Assembly: GCA_964016885.1 (NCBI GenBank)
Contig: OZ024742.1
Span: 161,448,001 to 161,512,000, forward strand
Origin: Eledone cirrhosa
Lineage: Eukaryota
DNA length: 64,000 bases
Reading direction: 5' to 3'
Shown: positions 32,620-47,780 of the stretch, piece after piece
How the letters are laid out: the number at the start of each line of letters is the position of its first letter
How positions within the stretch are numbered: position 1 is the stretch's first letter
Program-made: the position numbers and the translations under genes
Notes under the pieces: generated by a model
The model's input: the letters and a program-made list of their open reading frames with translations, nothing else
Told to the model about the DNA's origin: nothing
Databases searched by the model: none

Positions 32620-35074
32620 CTATATATTGGGTTTAAAGTTTTGGAAGGAGTGTCGGAAGCGGTGCTGGCATGACGCGAACACTTCTGATTTTTTATTAAG
32701 GAGGTTATGGTTTGAGAAGATAATAGTATGGGTCTCTAGTAGACAGAGGTTACAAAATTTATTAGATGGTTTGTACGATGTCGCCTTACCTATCACTTCC
32801 CATTTAAGTGTATAAGATCTATTTTTAGTTTTTAGATAGTGTATGTAGCTAGATAGTGAAGTGGAGTTGGCTAGACTGTGTTTTTTGAAAGAGTGGAGGA
32901 GCGAATTGTATCTGGTTTTGAAGCAGTTTGAAGTCGAGCCTATATAGGTTTCAGAAGAGTTGCTAGTTGTGAGGGTGCACGAGTGTATGATATCCTTGAT
33001 TAAGCATTTTTTATCTAAAGGGCAGGTTCTATTAGATCTACAGTTACAATTATTCTGGGTATTAGTCTGCAGGTTATTATGTTGTGTAGAAGTCTGGATG
33101 GTAGCTGTAGGATTATGGTTATGGGGGTTGTTGTTCCCAGCGTTATTGCTTACACTAGTGCTTTTACTATTATTACTATTGTTATCAGGGTTAGTTGTTA
33201 TAATGTTATTTTGAAGGTTTACCGCTTGTTGTGATTTAGTTTGTTGGAAGTAAGAATTAATGTTTCTTTTATTGCTGCTAGCTATGTGGTATGCTATGTT
33301 AGGCGTAGTAGATTTTAATTGTGTTTTTGTTTAAAAGACTATGGTACTTGTGGCCAGATGGGAAGTTTTTATCTAGGAGTGAGAAGAAAGCCTTAGGTAG
33401 GTTGGTAGAGACGTTTAGATTGAAAGGAGGGTTGAAAAATGTATTATTTCTTCTTCTATTTTTGTTTTTTATGTCTGATGAGTTGTTTCCTTTTATGGTA
33501 CTATGGTAACTTCTGTGGTGTGGGTTACGTTTGTTGGCATCCTTCATATTAGTGTGTGTGTGTGGTTGCTATTCTTATTACTAAATTTCCTTATGGACAT
33601 ACTGTGCGAAATAATGTTTTAGCTATGTGTTTTTGTAGGTAGGAACTCGATCTCTATATTATGGCCTGATCTAGCTAATGCCTGATTAAAATATTGTGAG
33701 TTTTTGCTGAATATGTTTACGTCATAGGATAGATTAGAGATTCTATTGGATACTCCCTTAGAGATAGAGTTTAATATAGATCTAGAGTGGTTAGACTTGG
33801 TATCTACGTAAATCAGTTTTTCGTTAGGTTTATGGAAAGATGTATATATCTTTGAGTCTAGGTAGAGGGTGGCGTCTAGGAAGTTAACGTTTTTAGTGTT
33901 TTTGTCTATGGTGATACTAAGGTTATAGTTTTTGAATGTCTTGTGCAATAGTTTTCTAGTTCTTTCTATATTGAATTTTTTATAGTCTATAAGTAGAAGG
34001 GCATCGTCGCGGTACAAACCACCGTTGAGGTTGGGAAGGTCCTTATGGATTTCGTTAAGTAAATATAGGCCGACCAAATCAGTGACCTGCGCCGAGTCAC
34101 TAGATCCCATGGTTATGTCGAAGTTGTTTTGCGTATCTTTGCGGGTCCATAATTGGTCTTCAAAGGTGATTACGATTGTACGGGCCGCAAGTATGACATC
34201 AATCTGGGGTCTAATCAGGTCACTATTGTCCATGGCCATGATTAGTGCCTTATTTAATAGGATAGGGGAAATAGAGGTGTAGTATGAATTGATATCAAAT
34301 TGAATAAATGATGGTCCTTCAGAGAGAATCTAGGGGGGTTTGGCGTATATGGTGGTGTATGTCTCTGAAGTCCTAGTTTGGACACTATATTATAGCCTTC
34401 CATATTAATATCTTCCAAGTTTTTCATAGTAGTTTTCTTGTAGCTTTTATATAGTTCATTATATATAAACTTTCTATATGTATTATAATCTAGGCTGTAT
34501 ATGTTATTAGTTTTGTCCGCATGTACAATAATTTTATTACTAGTTTTGAATTCATTAATAGAGGTGTTAAGTTTGTTTAAGAAGGTGTTGTTTTTATTAC
34601 GGTGCGTTTTGTATTTAATCTTCTTAACTAGTTTTATTAGGTCATTTTCAAAGGAGTTTAGTAGTGTGTTGTGAGGGGGGCTTCTAAAGGTTTTAAAGCC
34701 GAAGGAGTCGAATTTGTTAGTATTATTAACCTTGTTAGATGGTGGATTGGCAGTATCGGTAGAGAGTCGGACGCTATGCTTTCCAGCATAGTTACGTCCC
34801 TGAGTTCAAATCCCGCCGAGGTTCACTTTGCCTTTCATCCTTACGGGGTCGATAAAATAAAGTACCAGTAATGCACTGGGTAATTGCTGGCCTTGTGCCA
34901 AAAGTAGAAACAATTATTAACCTTGTTAGATTTGTTTTTATCATAATGGAATATCCTCCATCTCACTCTATTGATAAAGGAGTTTACACTGTCGATCAAT
35001 AATTTCTCATATGTATGCTTGGATGGTATTGGTATGTTCTTGGTTGACATAGGGAGTTGGTCTTTGATCAGCAT
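32620..35074 (-). pseudogene. Hydra-type PLE ORF (KNIP N-terminus, ADKT, RT, GIY-YIG) with frameshifts, an internal deletion at ~34311 and a SINE insertion
   Basis: STKNIPIPSKHTYEKLLIDSVNSFINRVRWR; IVHADKTNNI (~34502-34530); LKDH jumps straight to FIQFDINSYY; MGSSDSAQVTDLVG; GLYRDD; CNCRSNRTCPL; YIGST; CNLCLLE. Confidence 0.9.
34741..34912 (+). mobile_element. tRNA-derived SINE with 19-bp target-site duplication
   Basis: A-box-like tggcagtatcgg, B-box gttcaaatc, domain ctttgcctttcatccttacggggtcgataaaataaagtacc. TSD attattaaccttgttagat at 34722-34740 and 34913-34931. Confidence 0.9.
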
Positions 35075-35539
35075 ACTGGTAATTTATTGTATGTCAGCTC
35101 AACAGTATGGAGCAGTTAATAGTATTAAGAATACTATTTATGGTCATGTATATACTAAAACTTTTTATAGTTATATATCTTTTAAATAAGACACACGTGC
35201 ATGCCCCACGTGTAACTATTGCATACACTAACTACTTCAAACTATCCTCTTGCATTATCTTCGTAAACTGCCGATGTTGTATTTTAACTTTAATTTTATT
35301 TTAATTTTATTTTAATATGATTTTAATTTTTGAATGTAAATTGCCATGCTAAAATATTATAATGGATGTCACCCCACTGTGCATCAATATATACATATAT
35401 TTCTGGATGTCTCTTGTGTTGGAAAGGAGGTCATATATGTAAACAATCATTGAAAAATTGCTCCGAAGACTCCAAACCCCGGTTTGGACGAAACATTTGT
35501 AAGCTAATAAATGGTTTGAACAGAACTTTGATTCATGTG

Positions 35540-35642
<103 letters not shown>

Positions 35643-35678
35643 TATATATATATATATTATATATATATATATGTATAT

Positions 35679-35711
<33 letters not shown>

Positions 35712-35754
35712 ATATATAAATATATAACTTGTATATATATATATATATATTATA

Positions 35755-36470
35755 TATGTAAAAAAATGGGGAGAAGAATACTGCAGGTTGCACATGGATA
35801 ACATGTTATAAAATGAGTCCCTCATCAGTGATTTGCCAACGATCATAGATATTTCATTGCATTAAAAATCATATACCTCACGTTGGTGCAATAATAACTA
35901 AATTAAGTTATTAGGACAATTAAAACGCGTAAAGCGAGTGAGACAAGTAAACAACAAAGAGGAAAGCTAACCGTAGATAGGAAGGGAACAAGCTACATAG
36001 TTATTCTGTTAGCATAAGCTAGGTGAATATATGAGCGCTTAGAAAAAAGACCTTTCGAGATGAATCCAAATGTAAGAAAGAAGGAAAATGTATTCGTCGC
36101 GAACGGGGTGAAGTGAGAAGGGGAGAAACAGTGAGTGAGTGAGTGGAAGTGTGAGGAAGAGTTAACTGACATGATAGAGGGGGCGAAAGAAAGTAGGAGA
36201 AACAGAGAGAACGAAAGAGCAGTAAGAGAGAGAGAGAGAGAGAAAAACAGAATCGCAGTTTAGGTAAATATATGTGAAAAAATGGGGAGAAGAATACTGC
36301 AGGTTGCACATGGATAACATGTTATAAAATGAGTCCCTCATCAGTGATTTGCCAACGATCATAGATATTTCATTGCATTAAAAATCATATACCTCACGTT
36401 GGTGCAATAATAACTAATTAAGTTATTAGGACAATTAAAACGCGTAAAGCGAGTGAGACAAGTAAACAAC
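35755..36470. repeat. Unclassified 516-bp unit, ~1.4 tandem copies
   Basis: 35761-35957 is repeated at 36277-36471. There is a CTGATGA on the minus strand but no convincing complete HHR. Confidence 0.7.
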
Positions 36471-36518
36471 AATTATATATATATATTTATATATTATATA
36501 TATATATATATAATATAT

Positions 36519-36590
<72 letters not shown>

Positions 36591-36858
36591 TATATATATT
36601 ATATATATATTATATATATATATTATATATATTATATATATATATATTATATATATTATATATATTAAATATATATATATTATATATATTTTATATATAT
36701 ATATTATATATTTATATATATTATATATATATATTATATATATATATATATTATATATATATATATTATATATATATATATTATATATATATATATATAT
36801 TATATATATATATATATTATATATATATATATTATATATATATATATATTATATATAT

Positions 36859-37385
36859 AGTAATAATAATAAATTTGAAGATAAATCCAAAGAGGGCTCA
36901 ATAAGGATAAATATATATCAAATATATAAGAACCGTAGAGCAAATATTTATTAAAATAACAGATTCAAGTTTAAGCAAAGAATCGCTGCTTTCACCTTTA
37001 ACGGGATCTTCTGAAACTAACAAAGTCAATCTGTAAACGCAGAAGTGGATATTTCAAAAAACGTTGCAACCGGAGGAAGACAGGAAGGCGATACTTTGGT
37101 TCGTGGAAACGTTCGCTGGCAAACAACGGGAAAAAACGAATATAATACGTCATTAATAGGAGCGGTGAAAAACAATTACGCGCAAAGACAGAACCATGTT
37201 TATGGTATAAAAGAGGTCGTAGATTAATGTTCTCTTAGGTGGTGCATAGAGACGTTCTCTGGCAATGATCGAAAAAACGAAGATAATACGTCATATGTGG
37301 AGCGTAGAGAACAATAGCACGCAAAGACAAAACCACGTAAATGGTATTCTTTGCTTAAACTTTAATCTGTTATTTTAATAAATAT
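36859..37385 (-). mobile_element. pLTR with HHR-like motif (36968-37018) and tail hairpin (36896-36941); short inverted untailed arm at 37346-37385
   Basis: Minus strand reads AGTTT CAGAAGA TCC cgttaaa GGT GAAA GCA gcgattctt TGC TT AAACT (U4->A). Confidence 0.7.
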
Positions 37386-37389
37386 ATAT

Positions 37390-37421
<32 letters not shown>

Positions 37422-37469
37422 ATATATTATATATATATATATTATATATATATTATATATATATATATA

Positions 37470-37690
37470 TGTGAAGGGGTGTGGCTGAGTGGTTAGAGAA
37501 TTGGATTCGCAATCGTAAGGTTGTGAGTTCGATTCCTGGACCAGGCGATGCGTTATGTCCTTGAGCAAGACGCTTTATTTCACGTTGCTCCTTCTACCTG
37601 GAGTTGCGACCGATAGATAGTATTAGCAATTGGAAAGACCAACGGAAACATTGTTCCCTCGGTCCGATTTGACGAAAGTCGATCGTTCCT
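37470..37690 (+). mobile_element. tRNA-derived SINE (second family)
   Basis: A-box tggctgagtgg and B-box gttcgattc, followed by a tgtccttgagcaagacgc SINE core-like segment. The 3' boundary is uncertain. Confidence 0.75.
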
Positions 37691-37838
37691 ATATATATAT
37701 ATTATATATATATATTATATATATAGATTATATATATAGATTATATATATATATATTATATATATATATATATATTATATATATTATATATATATATAAA
37801 TATATATTATATATATATTATATATATATATTATATAT

Positions 37839-37885
<47 letters not shown>

Positions 37886-37938
37886 ATATTATAAATATAT
37901 ACATATTATATATATATATATATATGTGTATATATATA

Positions 37939-37973
<35 letters not shown>

Positions 37974-38058
37974 ATATATATGTATATATATATATATATA
38001 TAATATATTATATATATATAATATATATATATATATAATATATATTATATATATATAT

Positions 38059-38095
<37 letters not shown>

Positions 38096-38263
38096 GTATA
38101 TATATAATATATATATATATATATAATATATATATATATATATAATATTTATATATATAATATATATATATTATATATATATATATTATATATATATAGA
38201 TTATATTTATATATATATATATTATATATATAGATTATATATATATATTATATATATATATAT

Positions 38264-38295
<32 letters not shown>

Positions 38296-38377
38296 ATATA
38301 TTATATATATATATATTTTATATATATATTATATATATAAATATATATTATATATATATTATATATATATATTATAT

Positions 38378-38428
<51 letters not shown>

Positions 38429-38484
38429 ATATTATAAATATATACATATTATATATATATATATATAATATATATATATATGTG

Positions 38485-38548
<64 letters not shown>

Positions 38549-38555
<7 letters not shown>

Positions 38556-39638
38556 TTAAAAAAAATAATGAATAAAACAATGAAACAGTTCCTTATATTA
38601 AACAAGAAAGTTCATTATTTAACGATCGTTTCTAGGATATATATGTGTTAGAATTGGCATGCATATTCAACAGATCTATGTACAAAATTATACAAAATTA
38701 AATATACATACCAACACATATATATGCCGTCTTCAGAAATAATGAAATATATTTATTGATAATAACAACAATTCAAAATTACAGGTCTGTTTGGGAACAG
38801 AGTTCAAATTGACCAATGAAAACACAAAAAAAGTTTATACAGTTAGGTGTGTGTATATATGTAAGTAACTTCGTTCACAGATATGCATAAAAATATATGT
38901 TCACATGCATACGCATGCCGAAAAGATGTATGTAAATACAAAAATTCAAGGCTAACGTCTCTGTGTGTTTATAATCTACAGATAAAATACGTATACTCAT
39001 ATAAACATATAAATATAAAAATAAGAAAATAAATATATACACACATTCATATACTCACACATATACGTACATTCACACACACACACGCGCGTATACGCAT
39101 AAACATACACACAACCACGAACATACATACACACACACACCCCCACACACATATATGTGTATATACTATTATCATAAGCATATGGACATTAATGCGCGCA
39201 CATAAACACTGCCACACATATTTAGATCTAGATACAGAAAGTAGGTGGGGGGGGGGGGAGAAGAGGTCTGTATTTAGCGGTGTCAGCAAACTGCCTATTT
39301 ATAAATGTATCTATAAATTTAGAAATAAAAAGAAAAAGAAAAAAGAAATATATTAAGAAAATATATATATATATATATATGTAGGTAAATCTACCAAGAG
39401 TTTACGGTAGTGTCCAATCCGTATGAAGAACTAAATGTAACTCATTATTTCTGAAGACGGCATATATATTTGTTGGTATGTATATTTAATTTTGATAGTT
39501 TGTATAATTTTGTACATAGATCTGTTGAATATGCATGCCAATTCTAACACATATATATCCTAGAAACGATCGTTAAATAATGAACTTTTTTTGTTTAATA
39601 TAAGGAACTGTTTCATTGTTTTATTCATTATTTTTTTA

Positions 39639-39688
<50 letters not shown>

Positions 39689-39725
39689 AACAAGTAAAAT
39701 ATAAAATATACATCGATATACATAC

Positions 39726-39762
<37 letters not shown>

Positions 39763-39890
39763 TATACATACATATACATACACATATACATAAACACATA
39801 CATACACATACATATACATACACACACGATATAAATACACATACACATACACACATGCATACATATAGAGACACATACATACACATATAT
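38549..39890 (-). mobile_element. Family A 3'UTR/pLTR (HHR 38612-38745, minus) with a nested fold-back family A insertion at 39381-39645 (HHR 39442-39583, plus)
   Basis: Collinear with 1175-2260, except for the inserted 39381-39645 block inside a TA tract. Confidence 0.8.
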
Positions 39891-40095
39891 ATATTATATA
39901 TATATATATTATATAGATATATATATTATATATATATATATATATTATATAGATATTTATTATATATATATATATTATATATATATAATATATATATATA
40001 TATAATATATATATATATATATTATATATATTATATATATATATATTATATATATATTATATATATATTATATATTATATATATGTATATATACA

Positions 40096-40151
<56 letters not shown>

Positions 40152-40220
40152 TGTATATATACATATATATAATATATAATATATATATAATATATATATA
40201 TATTATATATATAATATATA

Positions 40221-40258
<38 letters not shown>

Positions 40259-40274
40259 TGTATATATATATATG

Positions 40275-40307
<33 letters not shown>

Positions 40308-40622
40308 ATATATATATATATATATAATATTTATATATATAATATATATATATATATAATATATATATATATATTATATATATATAATATATATATAATA
40401 TATATATATATAATAAATATATATATAATATATATATATATATAATATATATATCTATATAATATATATATATATAATATATATATATATATATAATATA
40501 TATATATATAATATATATATATATAATATATATATCTATATAATATATATATATATAATATATATATGTTGATTTAAAACTGCACTATTCCCACGTATAT
40601 ATATATATAATATATATATATA

Positions 40623-40684
<62 letters not shown>

Positions 40685-40687
<3 letters not shown>

Positions 40688-41012
40688 ATATTAAATAAAT
40701 GCAAACTATATCTATAAAACCATACCTATCCCACTATATATATTTCAGGGATATCATATTAAAAATATGGTATGCCTTCATCAGACAAAATACAATATAA
40801 ACAGTCATATAAATAGATAGATTTGACATACCTTACACTTCAACTTCCATTTAATATGATATCCCTGAAATATATATAGTGGGATAGGTATGGTTTTATA
40901 AATATAGTTTCCATTTATTTAATATCGTAAATATACTTCAAATACTTGTTGGGTGCTTTTATATCAGTTATAAATATTTACTCGTTGTAACCCAACAATT
41001 TAAATAAAACTT

Positions 41013-41015
<3 letters not shown>
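40685..41015. mobile_element. Fold-back pLTR related to P3/P10: minus arm with HHR at 40729-40790, plus arm with 3' half of HHR and tail (duplicate at 42741-43071)
   Basis: Homologous to 20230-20491. Confidence 0.8.
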
Positions 41016-41066
<51 letters not shown>

Positions 41067-41097
41067 AGAAAAACCACAGACCCTCCATCTCAACTCA

Positions 41098-41135
41098 CCT
41101 TTTGAAAAGCAGAAGAACTGCGAAACCGTTAAAGG
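41098..41135 (+). ncRNA. Minimal hammerhead-like motif with U3-A8 core (duplicate at 43166-43203)
   Basis: CCTT TTGAAAA GCAG aagaa CTGC GAAA CCGT TA AAGG, followed by AATAAA. Confidence 0.6.
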
Positions 41136-41266
41136 ACCAAATAAATATATATATTTTTTAAAAAAAGAAGACTTCATTTGCATTTTCGATTTCATCCCTT
41201 TTTCTTTATACTTCCACTCGTGTAGGACACCTCGGTTATTTTTCATTTTGTAAAAAAAAACCTCAC

Positions 41267-41381
<115 letters not shown>

Positions 41382-41593
41382 ATATTATATATATTATATA
41401 TATTATATATGTATTATATATATATATTATATATATATATATTATATATATTATCAATATTAAATATATATATATTATATATATTTTATATATATATATT
41501 ATATATTTATATATATTATATATATATATTATATATATATATATATTATATATATATATTATTTATATATATATATATATTATATATATATAT

Positions 41594-41658
<65 letters not shown>

Positions 41659-41681
41659 ATATATATATATATATAATATAT

Positions 41682-41988
41682 AAGATCAAAAGATGGTTAA
41701 AGGAGTACATGTATTTTATTATGCGCATTTCAAAAACAAACATCATCAAGCAATAATATTTGTGTTTTCATCAGATAAAACAGCTAAACATGATATGAAG
41801 GCTAAAAAACACTTGTGGATAGTGCAGTTTTAAATCAACATTGAAATGCGCATAATAAAATACATGGAACTCCTTTAACCATCTTTTGATCTTATATATT
41901 ATGTATACTCCAGTCCTACAAACTGTAGAGTGCTTCTTATCCGATATCTGCATTGCTTTATTGTACTACAATAAAACTCACCTCCTAC

Positions 41989-41990
<2 letters not shown>
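41682..41990. mobile_element. Family B fold-back: minus arm with HHR at 41714-41780, plus arm with tail (duplicate at 43797-44105)
   Basis: Reverse-complement arms; tail hairpin at 41907-41931. Confidence 0.82.
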
Positions 41991-42037
<47 letters not shown>

Positions 42038-42121
42038 TATATATATATTATATATATTATATATATATATATTATATATATATTATATATATATTATATA
42101 TTATATATATGTATATATACA

Positions 42122-42185
<64 letters not shown>

Positions 42186-42254
42186 TGTATATATACATAT
42201 ATATAATATATAATATATATATAATATATATATATATTATATATATAATATATA

Positions 42255-42292
<38 letters not shown>

Positions 42293-42308
42293 TGTATATA
42301 TATATATG

Positions 42309-42341
<33 letters not shown>

Positions 42342-42656
42342 ATATATATATATATATATAATATTTATATATATAATATATATATATATATAATATATAT
42401 ATATATATTATATATATATAATATATATATAATATATATATATATAATAAATATATATATAATATATATATATATATAATATATATATCTATATAATATA
42501 TATATATATAATATATATATATATATATAATATATATATATATAATATATATATATATAATATATATATCTATATAATATATATATATATAATATATATA
42601 TGTTGATTTAAAACTGCACTATTCCCACGTATATATATATATAATATATATATATA

Positions 42657-42743
<87 letters not shown>

Positions 42744-43068
42744 ATATTAAATAAATGCAAACTATATCTATAAAACCATACCTATCCCACTATATATATT
42801 TCAGGGATATCATATTAAAAATATGGTATGCCTTCATCAGACAAAATACAATATAAACAGTCATATAAATAGATAGATTTGACATACCTTACACTTCAAC
42901 TTCCATTTAATATGATATCCCTGAAATATATATAGTGGGATAGGTATGGTTTTATAAATATAGTTTCCATTTATTTAATATCGTAAATATACTTCAAATA
43001 CTTGTTGGGTGCTTTTATATCAGTTATAAATATTTACTCGTTGTAACCCAACAATTTAAATAAAACTT

Positions 43069-43134
<66 letters not shown>

Positions 43135-43333
43135 AGAAAAACCACAGACCCTCCATCTCAACTCACCTTTTGAAAAGCAGAAGAACTGCGAAACCGTTAA
43201 AGGACCAAATAAATATATATATTTTTAAAAAAAGAAGACTTCATTTGCATTTTCGATTTCATCCCTTTTTCTTTATACTTCCACTCGTGTAGGACACCTC
43301 GGTTATTTTTCATTTTGTAAAAAAAAACCTCAC

Positions 43334-43472
<139 letters not shown>

Positions 43473-43686
43473 ATATTATATATATTATATATATTATATA
43501 TGTATTATATATATATATTATATATATATATATTATATATATTATCAATATTAAATATATATATATTATATATATTTTATATATATATATTATATATTTA
43601 TATATATTATATATATATATTATATATATATATATATATTATATATATATATTATTTATATATATATATATATTATATATATATAT

Positions 43687-43773
<87 letters not shown>

Positions 43774-44103
43774 ATATATATATATATATAATATATAAGA
43801 TCAAAAGATGGTTAAAGGAGTACATGTATTTTATTATGCGCATTTCAAAAACAAACATCATCAAGCAATAATATTTGTGTTTTCATCAGATAAAACAGCT
43901 AAACATGATATGAAGGCTAAAAAACACTTGTGGATAGTGCAGTTTTAAATCAACATTGAAATGCGCATAATAAAATACATGGAACTCCTTTAACCATCTT
44001 TTGATCTTATATATTATGTATACTCCAGTCCTACAAACTGTAGAGTGCTTCTTATCCGATATCTGCATTGCTTTATTGTACTACAATAAAACTCACCTCC
44101 TAC

Positions 44104-44269
<166 letters not shown>

Positions 44270-44276
44270 ATATACA

Positions 44277-44372
<96 letters not shown>

Positions 44373-44472
44373 TATATATATATATTATATATATATATAT
44401 TTTATATATATATTATGTATATATATAAATATATATTATATATATATATATTATATATATATATTATATATA

Positions 44473-44518
<46 letters not shown>

Positions 44519-44558
44519 ATATATATATATACATATTATATATATAATATATATATAT

Positions 44559-45658
<1,100 letters not shown>

Positions 45659-45728
45659 ATATATATAATATATATATATATAATATATATATATATATAT
45701 GTGTGTGTGTATATATATAATATATACA

Positions 45729-46136
45729 CACTTGCCGCCTTGTGCGTGAAGGGACGTATTTCATATTACTACTACCTCCACTAACGTTGAGAACAAATCG
45801 GGTCATTCCGACTGCTGCTGGCAACAGCGGTGGCTAGTTTGACCTACCTCCTTTTGCCTCTATCTTTGCTACGGCCCTTGATAAACCTGTTCTACATCAT
45901 CCACTCTCATCCCAGGAACAGTTTTTGATAGCGCTAGTTTGTGATTTAAATTCAGGAATTTTATATTCTTTGAATGAAAAGAACCTTCTGACGAGAATCT
46001 CTCTTTGCAACGAAGGCCGTATGGTCTCCGTTTTATTTTTGGGATTCGAAACCGATCGGTAAAGGTAACTATAGTAGGTAAAGTCAATTTTTTAAAATTT
46101 ATTTTGAAACTTTTTCATTATTTACTAAACCTTGTT

Positions 46137-46138
<2 letters not shown>
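45729..46138 (+). mobile_element. Second family E retrozyme-like copy, HHR at 45983-46066
   Basis: ACCTT CTGACGA GAATCTC..GGGATTC GAAA CCGATCGG TA AAGGT; reverse complement of 15429-15835. Confidence 0.83.
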
Positions 46139-46170
<32 letters not shown>

Positions 46171-46449
46171 ATATATGTATATATATATAATATATATATA
46201 TATTATATAGATATATATGTATATATATAATATATATATATATATAACATATATATATATATATTTATAATATATATAGATATATATATATATAATATAT
46301 TTTATATATAATATATATATAATATAAATATATAATATATATATATATACATATATATATATTATATATATATTATATATATTATATATATATATATTAT
46401 ATATATTATATATATATATAATATATAATATATATATTATATATAATAT

Positions 46450-46568
<119 letters not shown>

Positions 46569-46880
46569 ATATATATATAATATAATATATATATATATAT
46601 AATATATATATATATATATAATATATATCATATATATATAATATATATATATACATAATATATATATATAATATATATAGATATATAATATATATATATA
46701 AGATATATATAATATATATATATTTAATATTGATAATATATATAATATATATATATATAATATATATTATATATATATATTATATATATATATATTATAT
46801 ATATTATATATATATATATTTTATATATATATATTATATATATATATATTATCTATATATATATATATTATATATATATA

Positions 46881-46913
<33 letters not shown>

Positions 46914-46916
<3 letters not shown>

Positions 46917-47700
46917 TATTTTCCGTTGTGTTGTAATATAAATATTACACACAGTAGATTATCAGCTCACGTAGAGTTTGCTCGACGGTTCCAGTTGTAG
47001 TTCCAAAAGTAATCCGGAGAAAAATAGAAAGATTTGAATGGATACAGTTTAGTTGAAAGGAATTTATTGACACGTATTTCTATAACAGTTACATAACCTA
47101 AAACAGCTGCTATCCACAAACTTTTAATTATGCAGACATTCAATATTTCAATGTTATTATTTACTGTCATTTCATCAGAATAATATTACTGAGGACCTAT
47201 TTAGTTTTTATAGAGAATATTAGGAGGGAGGGGTGAAGTTGTTAGAAGAATAGTTGAAGGAGTGGTTTTTCGATAGCAGTGAGAATTCTTGGTGGCAGTG
47301 AGTAATTAGATTCCCATCTGTTGTTTTGACATTTTTTTTAGAATATATTATTGGTTATTTTTCTAAATCTATAGAAGGATTAGAGATAGTAAAGATATGC
47401 GTGGTTGGTTTTGTGTTTGCACTTAATTAACATTCAGACTTAAATTTTTCTTTCAAGTGTACGTATCCTTTCACCCACGCATTCACAAACAAATATATTT
47501 GCACACCTCTACAAAATACATATACTCACAATTCACATATTCATACTTACATATATATACACATGCATACACATATATATACACACATGTATTCATGTAC
47601 ATACATACGCGCTCATGTGTATACATTTTCATACTCAACTTATCTTTATATACACACGTATAGACACACACATATATACATACATACTCTAGTCCATGTG
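46914..47700 (-). mobile_element. pLTR/3'UTR with long-stem-II HHR (47064-47183) and tail hairpin (46981-47019)
   Basis: Minus strand reads TTATT CTGATGA aATGACAGT..ACTGTTATa GAAA TACGTG TC AATAA. Confidence 0.75.
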
Positions 47701-47739
47701 TACACACATACACATACATACACATCCATATACACATAT

Positions 47740-47770
<31 letters not shown>

Positions 47771-47780
<10 letters not shown>

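Noticed and set aside
37472-37545. Genuine tRNA gene
   Set aside because: A and B boxes are present but the acceptor stem is poor and a SINE core follows; called a SINE head instead.
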